A stretch of DNA of 64,000 nucleotides, taken from positions 62,001-126,000 of the forward strand of contig MU626296.1 in the NCBI GenBank assembly GCA_025603075.1, given 5' to 3'. The translations under genes were made by a program, and so were the position numbers. Shown here one piece after another: positions 53,589 through 64,000 of this stretch (position 1 is its first letter; every line of letters starts with the position of its first letter). The notes beneath the pieces were generated by a model, which was not told the DNA's origin, ran no database searches, and was given only the letters and a program-made list of their open reading frames with translations. The stretch is from Neoconidiobolus thromboides FSU 785. Taxonomy: Eukaryota > Fungi > Entomophthoromycota.

Positions 53589-54008
53589 ATAATGAAGTTC
53601 CCTTCAATTTGTAAAATAAGAGAGTTAATTGATATATTTTATAAAATTGTATTAGATCAGAATTTAAACTCATAAGATCAAAATGCAGTTGTATGCTATC
53701 TAATTTTACAAAAAAGCTAACAAAGTTTTACTAGTTGAAGTTGAAATTATTAAAATTTTGTGTCATTTTAGTAGTTTTATGAGAAAGACTAAAAAAAGCT
53801 TATTAAATTATTTTGATTGAGTTATAAAAAATATTATTATTATTTTAACCTATTACTAGCACACATTTGATAAAGAACGTAACTATAATATACATGTAAA
53901 AATAAAAAACTCAAAAATTCAAAATATTAAGTAGTCGTGCTAAAAATTATATATATTTTAACATCAATAAAATATAATTCTAAACAATCAAGACCAATTT
54001 ATATTAAT

Positions 54009-54599
54009 TTAAAGTTCATCAAGTAACGATAAAGTATCTTGAAGTTCTTTCTTGGTAGCTTCTAAAGTTTCTTCAAGTGCTTTGTTCTTATCTTCCCATT
54101 GATTGATTTCTCTGTTAAACTTGATAAGAGTTTTTTCTAAATGCTCAGCTTTAATGTCGCTTTGTCTTATGCTAAAATTACCAGGTTAAACTAATTTTGA
54201 ATATAAAGATATAGACTATACCTATCTAAAGTTTCACTAAGCTTAAGTTTGTTCTCTTCGATCTGTGCTTCAGTCTCATTAATAATATCATTAAGTTGAT
54301 CAGCATCTTCAATATTTCCAGGAGTACCTTCTAAAGCCTTATGTTCTTCAGCACGTTTTCCTATTTTCAGAAGTTCCATCTGTAATAAAGTTACGCGAGA
54401 CTTTAAGTTAAGGATTTCTTGATCTCTTTCTTGTTGAGAACCTTTAGCGATCTTGAGCTTAGCTTCATTTTCTTCAGCTTTAGAAATAAGACTGTCGGAC
54501 TCTTCACGAAGAGCACTAAGTTTCTAATTTAAAGTTAATTTAATAAAGATCACTTATACAATACAAGCAAATTACTTCTTTAAATTTTTCCATAGCCAT
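54009..54599 (-). CDS. TPM: Tropomyosin (Tpm/Cdc8-like), 3 exons
   Basis: (MA)MEKFKE|KLSALREES...QEILNLKSRVTLLQMEL...|IRQSDIKAEHLEK...WEDKNKALEE...DEL*. Confidence 0.88.
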
Positions 54600-55443
54600 T
54601 TTTACACTTAATAATTAATAAAGCAAAATTAAGCTCCTATCCTTTCCCTCTCAATATTTAAATCTAGGTAGAGCACGCTGATTGGTTATTTCATATTTCA
54701 TATTTCAACTAGAACAAAAAGTGAATCATCAAAAAAGAAGCCAATAATAAGCTTCAAAGTTTTAGCGGAAAAAATAGCAAAATAAAAATTTGGATATGAA
54801 CTCAAAAAACAATGGTATTGTAAGTGCTTTTTCTTTGTTTCATCATTTTCTCTTTTTTAAAGTGCTATTGAAGAAAAAAGATGTTAATAATTTCGAAAAA
54901 AAATCCCCCTAATTACAAGTCAATAATATAGGCTGTTAAGCTTAAGCTGAAAGGTCTTAGATGTCAAACAAAAATATATCTTCAATAAATAAAAAAGTTT
55001 TTCGCCAAATATTAGGCAGATTTATCCTTAGTTACAACTTCTTAGCTCTGTTGTGACCTAATTAGCGATAATTTTGAAGTCAAATATTTGATAATTTAAT
55101 TTTTAAAGTTCAATTTACATTTGAATCGATTTTAGCAAAACTCTAGCCTTGAGTAAATTGTTAATTAGATTGTAATGTAAGATGTAAAGCTGTAATTGAA
55201 AATAAATCTTCCTTTGATATTTATGGGGTGGTATATCTTATTATTTATCGAAGATCTATTTTTGTTTGATATCTAAGATCTTTCAGCTTAAACAAACGAC
55301 CTATATAATCAAAGTTGTAAGTTCAAGCAATCTGATTTTTTTTATAAGTAGTATTTTACAATTACAATTATAGCTAAAAAAATTTAAATAAACTAAAATA
55401 AAAATTTTAGGAAATAAGCAAGGTAAATATAAATAAAGTTCAA

Positions 55444-55549
55444 TACATGGGGATGTTTTTTTGGTTTCATTATTTTTTTCACTTTTTAAGTGCTAATTGG
55501 GCGGAAAGATTATTAGTAAGGCTTAAAAAAATACATCCCCCCCACATAT
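55444..55549 (+). mobile_element. MITE-like repeat copy
   Basis: ACATGGGGATGTTTTTTT...AAAATACATCCCCCCCACATAT. Confidence 0.85.
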
Positions 55550-55735
55550 GGAAATTTTTTCAATCTTGCTCACTTTTGTTGAAAATTATCTAAAATTTCT
55601 CTAATTAAGTTTATTTAAATTTATTTTTGCTATAATTATAATTTGTTAAAATATTGTGTATAAAAAAGAAAAGTACTAAATTGTTTAAATTTTTTAAAAT
55701 GTAATATTACTGTATCATAATAGAGTACTTTACAT

Positions 55736-55836
55736 TAGATAGGATGTTTTTTTTGGTTCATTACTTTTTCCTTTTTTAAGTGTTGTTTAATAGAAAGATT
55801 GTTGGTAAAATTCTTAAATAAAAATACATTCTTAGA
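55736..55836 (+). mobile_element. MITE-like repeat, degenerate copy
   Basis: AGGATGTTTTTTTTGGTTCATTAC...GTAAAATTCTTAAATAAAAATACATTC. Confidence 0.75.
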
Positions 55837-56204
55837 TTAAATTTTTGGACTATAGAACTATATTACAATAATATTTTCAGACAAGATATTTGAAATAAAT
55901 ATTTAAAGGTCATCCTGTAAATAATACAAAATGGGCAAAAAAAATCATACAAGGACAAAAGGTTAACTTTCTAACTGTCTTCATAATAGCATATATTTAT
56001 AATAACAATATATCAAAAGCTATACTAAACTTCACCATACTTTTAATTTAGGCAATATATTTTTTATAAATCAGTAACAATAATTATAAGCATAAAATGT
56101 TTTTGTTAATATTAAATTAGATTAAACTGACACATTATTTACCTTATTCAAATTCAAAATTCTCAATAATAAGCATTGTTAATAACAAAATTAGTGATTG
56201 TTTA

Positions 56205-57677
56205 TTAAACCTTCAAATAAACAAAATAAATTATAAGGCCAAAGACTAATATAGTGACAAAAATGGCAGGGAAAATATAATTTAGGATGTTCTTTTTAGC
56301 CACACCATCCTTTTCTAACTCCTTGTTCTCATCCAAAATGGCTTTTCTTTTGTCGCTATTAACATTCCAAATCCATTTATTTTCCTTAAAGTCTATAAAA
56401 TTATAAGCAAAGATAAGTAAAATTACAACGCACGATTGTATAACAAACATGAGTAAAACGTTATCATAAGAACCATGATCTCTATCTTGTATCCTTCCAG
56501 CTATAATTGCAAATAAACTTACACCAGCATTTAAAGCACTTTGATGAAAACCAAACGCTGCACCAGTTAACCTCTTTGGCAAAATCAATGGGACAGAAGA
56601 TGCTAATGAGACTGGGCCAATAGCAATTGAAATAGAATACAGTACTAAAGCAACAGCAGGTTCAATGTAAGTAAATCTAATTAATGACATTGCAACTAAA
56701 AGAAGTCCTGATGCTGTAAACAAAATAATTCCACGGAAGCCAAATATTTCAATAAAAGCCCCAGTAATGGGTGCTAAAGCAATAGGAAAAACTAATGATA
56801 TAGTTGAATACCATCCTGCTTTGGTTTCATCGTGTAAAAACTTAAGTTTGAGCAACTCAGGTGCAATTTGTAAAAATGGGGTCCATACACCACCAATTGT
56901 AAAATTGATCAAAGGTAATAGCCAAAATCTTCTGGGCAAATCAAATATCCCTTTTATACTTATTTTCTTCTTTTCCTTTAACTTCTCAATTTCTTCTTCA
57001 TTAAACCCTCTTTCTGCCTTTTTTACTAAAAATATATATGAGAAATTGATAATCCAACTAAGGGCTGCTAATCCAAATGCAAGCCAAAATGGATTAGCAA
57101 ATGAGGCACTACTATATACTAAACTAGCACCAGCCCCTTGGGCAGCAACTGCAAACACCTTTGAAGATGCAAATGATAGGCCTATTACAAACGATAAACC
57201 TCTACCACGAAACCAATGTGATAATATAACCTCTTGTGCTACTACAGTACAACCATGTCCTAAACCAAATACTACTCGACCTAATATCATAACCCAAAAC
57301 AGTCTAGAATAAGCACCAAGGGCCACAATCAAGTTCCCCAAGGTTGTTAAGGTAGTTGCTATTAATGAGCCCTTATCTGTACCAAACATATCCATAAATA
57401 AACCACCAAACAAAGGCATAAATGAATTAACGATGAATAACCCAGCATCTAATGACCCATACTGTGTATTATCAATTTTTAACTCCGATTTAAGTTTAGC
57501 CTTTAATGAGTTTACAACATTACTCCCAAAATGGCCACCAGCTGCTAAAAGTAAAGTACATGCTAAAGCTAATGCTTTAAAGTACCAGGTCGAGCTTTCT
57601 AGTTGGACACTTGAATTAGTTTCTTCATTCTTTTCAGTATGACCTTCTATTGCTTTTTCATTTCTGCCTTCAGCCAT
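56205..57677 (-). CDS. Major facilitator superfamily transporter, MFSD1-like, intronless
   Basis: 12-13 TM segments; FMPLFGGLFMDMFG, MILGRVVFGLG, SHWFRGRGLSF, GAAFG; 490-aa ORF. Confidence 0.88.
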   Translation of the reverse strand: MAEGRNEKAIEGHTEKNEETNSSVQLESSTWYFKALALACTLLLAAGGHFGSNVVNSLKAKLKSELKIDNTQYGSLDAGLFIVNSFMPLFGGLFMDMFGTDKGSLIATTLTTLGNLIVALGAYSRLFWVMILGRVVFGLGHGCTVVAQEVILSHWFRGRGLSFVIGLSFASSKVFAVAAQGAGASLVYSSASFANPFWLAFGLAALSWIINFSYIFLVKKAERGFNEEEIEKLKEKKKISIKGIFDLPRRFWLLPLINFTIGGVWTPFLQIAPELLKLKFLHDETKAGWYSTISLVFPIALAPITGAFIEIFGFRGIILFTASGLLLVAMSLIRFTYIEPAVALVLYSISIAIGPVSLASSVPLILPKRLTGAAFGFHQSALNAGVSLFAIIAGRIQDRDHGSYDNVLLMFVIQSCVVILLIFAYNFIDFKENKWIWNVNSDKRKAILDENKELEKDGVAKKNILNYIFPAIFVTILVFGLIIYFVYLKV

Positions 57678-58439
57678 TTTTTAAATTTGAATTAAAGATG
57701 CTTTTTTTTTATATTGATACTCCTTTTTATAATGTATTATGCATGATATTAATTTTATCAGATAAAGCTATAAGGTTTATTTTTTAAAGATAAAAAATTA
57801 AATTAAATTACATCTGATAAGGTTTAAATATACAATATTGTCTTAAATTTTATCATCTTTGAATACAACTAGTTCTGTTAAATAGCTTAATTAACAATTA
57901 GCTATTTTAAGAAAAGTCAATAGCATTTATTTATAATATTATAATTATAAACTACCTTAGGTTAGAATCAAATGATATTATGCAGATTTATTAGGTTAAA
58001 AAGATTACATGATAATATTTTATAGTTAACTATAGCTTATGTAAGGTTATAAAATACTATACTATATTTAATAACTTCCGATTTGATATTTTATAAAATT
58101 TTGATTAACTTTGTTTGATCTAATCTTTGTTTAAGATCATTTTAAAACTGGTAATTTACGCTCTTTTTATTCCCGTAATCAAGCCTTAAACTATACTTTA
58201 ATTTTGTGAAGTCATGAAAGAACAAATCAACTCCTCACCTTTCATTTGAGAAGAAAGGTGTTTTTTGTAGACATTAGTGATGAGGGGGAAAGTTAAAGGG
58301 AAAAACTGGGAGATAAAGTAAAATTAAAGAATATAATGGATTTTAACTTAAAAACATTTCCCAATGGAGGGATACCTTTTTCCATCCAATATTTTTTACT
58401 TATATAGATAAAATTAGAAAAAATCCTTAAGCTAATATT

Positions 58440-58540
58440 GAAACAAGCTATCAAATATTTTTCCTAATTTATTAATGAATTCCTCCACTTTATTGCATAA
58501 AAACAGATGAAAAATATGACAAAATAAGACATCCCCATTT
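58440..58540 (-). mobile_element. MITE-like repeat, very degenerate inverted copy
   Basis: Ends in GACATCCCCAT; interior only weakly alignable. Confidence 0.5.
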
Positions 58541-58824
58541 TAAATTTATTACTACTTCCGTTTCATAGATTATCTTATTCTTTTTGTTAAACATTGATCT
58601 TTTAAGCAAAGGCTTTTGAAAAAGTGTGTTAATACTATTATTTGGTATTCTCATTTCATTAAAATAATAGATATAACAATATAAAAATATTTTTGTTTAA
58701 TAAAAAAGCTCTAAAGTTTGAAAATGTTTTTATATTTTGATTATTAGAATAAACCCACTCATTTTCTTTAAATTACTCTTGTTATTGCTTTTGCAATAAA
58801 TTGAAAAAGTTAAACTCCGGATTC

Positions 58825-58926
58825 ATATGAGGACATATTTTTGTGTTTAAGAATTTTATTAACGAATTTTCCACTCAAATAGCCCTTAAAAAATGGAAAA
58901 AAGTGAAGCCAAAAACATCCTTATAT
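58825..58926 (-). mobile_element. MITE-like repeat, inverted copy
   Basis: ATATGAGGACATATTTTTGTGTTTAAGAATTTT...CCACTCAAATAGCCCTTAAAAAATGGAAAAA...GCCAAAAACATCC. Confidence 0.85.
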
Positions 58927-58960
58927 TAACTTATATTATTGATAAATAGGTATATAGGGG

Positions 58961-59066
58961 TATAAGGGTATTTTTTTTGACTTGATTACCTTTTACATTT
59001 TTCAAGGGCTATTTGAACAGAAAATTTGTTAGTAAAATTCTTAAACACAAAAACACATTCCCGTAT
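58961..59066 (+). mobile_element. MITE-like repeat copy
   Basis: TTTTTTTTGACTTGATTAC...GTTAGTAAAATTCTTAAACACAAAAACACATTCCCGTATA. Confidence 0.8.
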
Positions 59067-59211
59067 AATCAGTATATAATTAATATATAATCAATAGCTT
59101 TTTTTATAAATCTCTTTGCTTTTAAATAAAAATGTAAGGATTACTAGTTGTAATAGTATTTTTTTTGAAATTTTAATGAGGAATTGATTTTACATAATAA
59201 AATGTAAACAA

Positions 59212-59312
59212 CAGGGGATATATTTTTTCAAATAATTTTACTAATAATATTTCTACCCAAACAACCCTTAAAAAAACGAAAAGTAATGGAAACTAGAAAA
59301 GAAATACTCAAC
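59212..59312 (-). mobile_element. MITE-like repeat, degenerate inverted copy
   Basis: CAGGGGATATATTTT...TTTTACTAATAATATTTCTACCCAAACAACCCTTAAAAAAACGAAAAGTAATG. Confidence 0.6.
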
Positions 59313-59642
59313 GAATGCAGACTATTTTTAGCATAAATTTTTTCATTATTGCAATTCTGTTCTGTATATTGATGGTTTTGACTTTAACTAAAAAACAAAG
59401 TAACTGATGAAAAGGGTTATATTTGGACAAAAAATTAGAAGTAGATATATATTGTTGTATTCAAGTTATGAAGAGTTCTAATTATTAAGAGCTGTTTTAA
59501 CACACTTTCAAATTTAAAGGTTTAAATATCAAATATAATCAATTTTTATTAAATAATTAATTTTGATAAATATCAAAACATACAACTATGTTATTTCTTT
59601 GACATCAGATCTAATTTATAAAGTTATAAGTTTTTTTGTGAT

Positions 59643-62600
59643 TTATTTAAATCCTACCTTTCCATTTTTTACTATTGAGTTGTTGAATATAACTACTAGC
59701 TGTCTCTTGATCCATTTCTTCTGTAGAAACCATACTTATATTAGAATGAGAGCTACTAAAATAAAATTAGGTTTTAAGGTATTCTTGTGAAACAAACTTA
59801 CTCTCCACTAAGTGAATAGAAACTAGTACTTGGGTGAATCGAAAGTGGTGATGCGATTATTATACTATCGGTACTCTTTTCATTTGAATTTGGACTTATA
59901 ATGTTTATTTGAAGTGTTGGGCCTAATAATAATTTAGTTATATTTATATATAAGACTAGTTTACTTTACTTTTTACTGCCTCTTTTTCTCTTTTCTCTTG
60001 AAGGTAAGCTAAAAATTTTCTTCGTAAAACAAACGTTTGTAACAATCCTATAACCTTCTCCATATGCATTTGAAATAGTACTTCTTCTTTTAATTTATTA
60101 TATTTTATAAGGTCTGATATTTCAAATGATGATAATGGATCTATAAGCATTTCTCTCGATAGCGTTGATAATGCATCATTAAAATGAATGCCTCTCCCAG
60201 GTTTGATTAACAGTCTCAACTCATGATATATTCTATTTAAACGCAACTTTTTCTCTTTACATTCTCTTTCACTCATTGTCCTTAATAAACTATTTAATAC
60301 TTTTAAATTTGGTGCTTCTTGATTATATGCCCCGTCTTTATTGCTACTTGGGTTGTTGAACTTACTACATTCTACTAGGTTTGAAATAGAATATATTTTG
60401 TTGTAAATTTTACACTCAAATGGCTCTTTGAGTTTCATCAAGAACGGTACTAAGTTTCTAAGGGGAATATATTCACTTCGCTTAAGGTCATATTTTATCC
60501 ATGCTGATTTATAATCTCTTATTTGGTCTCTAGAAAGCATATCCGTGGTTGTTGCTTCTCCATCTTTTTCATCATTAATTTCATAGCAAAAAGAAAAATT
60601 GTCCACTATAACACCAACAAACATATTTAAGAAGATATACATGGATAGGATATTAAATGACATGAACAAAAAATAGCTCCAAGCAGGAGAGCCACAGTCT
60701 GAGGTCAAGAAATTACTTTTATTATCGATTACGCATTCTGGTGCCTGGGTTGTAAAATCATACATTACACTGTTCCATCCTTCACCTTGAGAAAATCTTA
60801 CTAATAGTAGCAAGGTATTAAGAGGAGTATAGAAATTGACATAACTTTCTGTTCCATTTACACCAACTTTAGTATTTCCAAACACTTGTATAAAACAAAC
60901 CGCATACACTAAAAATAGAATCACCCATACGAACAAGAGATTTAAAATACTCTTAGCACTTGCTTTAAGGGTTAAAAATAATTGATGTAATCCATCAAAC
61001 ATTGACATTAATCTCAATGATATAAATATCAAAAATAAATTTACAACATTATGGGAATGTCTACTATCAATCATTGCAAACCTTATCACACATAACGCCA
61101 AGGTAGAAGTTACTAGTGCAAAGTATAATATATTTGATAAGTTGCGGAAGTATACATTAGCTTTAAGCCCAATGATTTTAATTACAACTTCAGCTGCACA
61201 AATGGACGTAAGTACTACAAATATAATTGCTTTAATATATAACTCTTTTGTACTCATACCTGACCTTTCTGTTGCTAATGTTACAAAAATTAAAAAGTAA
61301 ATTACACCCATAAATTTTGTAAACCAGGTTTTCTTGGTTGTAGCTAATTCATGGCAATAAGCCACAAATTGGTTTTTAGGAGCTGTTTCACGAAGCTTTG
61401 AAGGCTTTATATTTTTTATGATTTTTTCAAAATCTTTCCATCTTCTTTGCTCCGAAGATAACAATGCGGATCCAGAACGAGTTGTGAAGTTATCAATAAT
61501 AACTGAAACAAAAAGAGAAAGTACCGAAACTGAAACCATGAAGTTGAAGGTTATAATGATAAAAGAATGATACCAAGAGACATAACTTTCTGGCTGTAAA
61601 CCAAGGCCTTTTACCTTCATGGAATTTTGCATAACATCAGTCCATCCTTCACCTGAAGTAATTTGAAAAAGTATGTTCAAAGCGGATGAAAATGAATCAA
61701 AACTATATTTCCAAGGATTGGCCCATACCCTTGGGGTAGTTAATCCGTTAGAAGGATTTACAAATTCCCCTATACACTCAGTAACACCACTTACATTGTC
61801 ATCATTACAACTATAAAATAATCCTCTGAATACATTCTGAAGGTAAATTGACCATGGTATTAAGAAACTAAGTGCAATTAATGCTGCTTCAAACAATTTA
61901 CTAAAGCCAGAAACTAAAACTGCATCAAGCGTAAACTTTGCAGTATTTGAGAAATTAATTAACCGAAGCACTCGAAGCGATTTTCCAGCTCTAGCAAACC
62001 TAGAAAGTCCCTCTGCTTTACTAAACTTAGCATAGTAGTCAATAAATGAAATGACTAAGGCAATAAAATAAGGGATATTCCAAAAATTCTGAAGATAAGC
62101 ATTTGGGGTAAATAGTAGTCCATCGGCGATTGCATGAATTGCAACATCAACACCAAAAATGATCAGAAATATGGCATCAGAAATGATAAAAGGATTTGAT
62201 AAGCCTCCACTATCAATTTCAACCATGATTTTAGGGGTCTGAAATAAAGTAAAACCAATATTTACAATAACTGATATAACCATAAATACAAAATAAAATT
62301 TCTGAAGGATCCAAGCAAAACTGAGAGATGGGAAAGGATAATTAGGGTGGTCATGGGAACCTGAAATCATCTGGCAGATCCTTCTAAGTCTTGAACTTCT
62401 TGAAAATAAAAAGAAGGATTTATCATAAGTTGGATGTACTTCCATGAATTCTTCCCTTTGTAAAGAAAGCTGTTCATATCCGTAAGGCTTTACCTTTGGT
62501 TCTTGTGTATCATTTTGAGCAATGAAGGTCAAAAGCCTCCCATGAACAGTTTCTTCATTTACAGAGTCCATTGCCAAATGTTTATTTGCTTTTTTGTTAA

Positions 62601-64000
62601 AATGATCCATTTTAATAACTTCCTTGAAATTAAACTTCTCAATCCTTTCCATGAGAGAAGATTTATGTTTAACTTTTTCGGATTTTTGTTTATAATGTTT
62701 AAGAAATTGTTCAGCATCAAAGGCCTTTAAATCTAAAATTAGACTGTCTGGAATACCATGAACTTTGAGTTTTTGTGGATCTGGTTTTATATATTTATAA
62801 ATGTTCCAAGGACTAAGATAATTATTAATTCTTTTGATATCAAGTTGCAAACTATTAAAATAGTTTTCAAGTTGTATTCTACGCTTCTCTTTATCACTAA
62901 GCTCTAAATTTTCAACTAATACTGCAACAAATAAATTGACCAATATGAAATTGGAAAGTGCAAAAAACATGAATATAAATATCACGGCTACCACAGAAAA
63001 TACAAGGTCTTTTTGTGAGTCTAACAATATATAAAGAACTTTGGACCAATCTTCTCCAGAAAATACTTGGTACAAAGCCAAGAAACTCCACCCAAAGCTA
63101 TCAAATCTTTGGAAAATCTCATCATCGCCATCTTTTTCAGGAACAAGGCCCCCAAACAACTGTATCGCAATTGCAGAACATAAAAATATCAAAGTAAACA
63201 CGAATAAAACCATATTACCGATGGCTTGTATACCACTAGCAATTTTCATCAACAAGCTTCTAACGATTGGGATCATCCAAACTAATCTATAAGTCCTTAC
63301 TACTTGAAATATAGTAAAATACTTATAACTCTCAAATCCAGATGCAAGGTTAATCATAGTAACTACCAAGTTTATAATAGCTAAAGAAGCATCAAATATA
63401 TTATAAGCTTTTTTAAAAAATTGAGAAGACAAGAAGTATCTCAGTATAATTTCAATAAAAAATAAACAATTTATGACCGTTTCTGAGATTTCTGTCAAAT
63501 TTCATTAAAGTTAGCTTAATCAATTAAATATAAAAATAAATTTACCTAACATTCGAACCTCATTATCTGAAGTATGACTATTTTTTGATCCAAGGACTCC
63601 TAAGTTAACAGCAATTAACAACAACCAAAAATATTTGTTTATAGTATATAATGTTTTTTTATCAAAGCAGCCATATGACTTGGATTTAGTGGTCAAAGGG
63701 GATGTCGCAGCTTCTTTCTCTAAATCTCTGGTGCTTGTTATCCTTCCAACATCTTCGTAATGATTTTCCAACTCATTATGTTTGTTTACTTCGTCAATAA
63801 GGTCAATTGGCCTAAAGTTAGCATTAGGGTAATAGTTTTTATAGTTTGGAAATAATGTCATACTTTTTTTTAATTGAGGCACTAATCTGATTACTTCTTA
63901 TGCTCCCAAAGACTTGCGATATGACGGCAACAAACATATTTAACAACCAAAAATTAATTGCAATGATTAATGAAATAAAATAGACTGAAGCCCCGCTACT
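59643..64000 (-). CDS. CCH1: Voltage-gated-type Ca2+ channel Cch1, 5' part outside window, multi-exon
   Basis: Domain I S6 LNMFVAVIS at the right edge; pore loops FSGEDW (II), TSGEGW (III) and SQGEGW (IV); S6 NLFVAVLVENL, LFVSVIIDNF and LNMFVGVIVDNF. Short extra 3' exons PTLQINII... and DQETASSYIQQL lie downstream of the 1180-aa ORF; exact stop is uncertain. Confidence 0.93.

Noticed and set aside
49152-57642. Antisense ORFs (49152..49502, 50602..50913, 51016..51507, 56767..57312, 57433..57642, also 26891..27106, 45794..46372, 62503..63292)
   Set aside because: These are Ser/Leu/Phe-rich mirror frames of real coding sequence on the other strand, with no independent motifs.
58160-58410. Purine-rich stretch with TGATGA and an 8-bp hairpin, candidate C/D snoRNA or gene fragment
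   Set aside because: No matching CTGA D box at a plausible distance and only short stop-broken frames; not supportable.
59690-59900. Higher-GC segment with an snR30-like AAACCAT motif (59727-59733), candidate ncRNA
   Set aside because: It is explained by two additional minus-strand CCH1 exons with good splice sites; ORF 59563..59790 is their antisense shadow.
63810-63895. Apparent frameshift or 13-nt intron in CCH1 between domain I S6 and ORF 63520..63882
   Set aside because: A normal roughly 50-nt intron (GTATGA...TGCTAACTTTAG) restores the frame.

Overview
Very AT-rich, gene-dense eukaryotic DNA with many short (about 40-60 nt) GT-AG introns. The gene content is fungal, and the intronless class-A-like 7TM receptors plus decayed F-box-like remnants suggest an early-diverging (Entomophthorales/Conidiobolus-like) fungus; this is inference, not a database result. 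About 20 intact genes are recognisable: AP-2 alpha, Trs120, an argininosuccinate-lyase-like gene, a GT8 glycosyltransferase, ARPC5, TRP4, U1A/U2B'', RBX1, peroxisomal-type citrate synthase, RAM1, MCM3, two GPCR-like genes, HAK1, MET16, AP-3 delta, a GRIP golgin, tropomyosin, an MFSD1-like transporter and CCH1 (runs off the right end). The most notable features are: (1) an intact argininosuccinate lyase paralogue whose signature loop and several substrate-binding residues are replaced (pseudoenzyme or new activity); (2) a roughly 4 kb multi-exon THO2/THOC2 pseudogene with many nonsense codons and frameshifts, largely invisible in the ORF track; (3) a roughly 105-bp MITE family with terminal inverted repeats, with 15-16 intergenic copies in 64 kb; (4) a Tc1/IS630-transposase-derived open frame with a degenerate DDE triad and a repeat tail. 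No rRNA, tRNA or CRISPR array was recognised. Exon boundaries were read by eye and ends of multi-exon genes are approximate.
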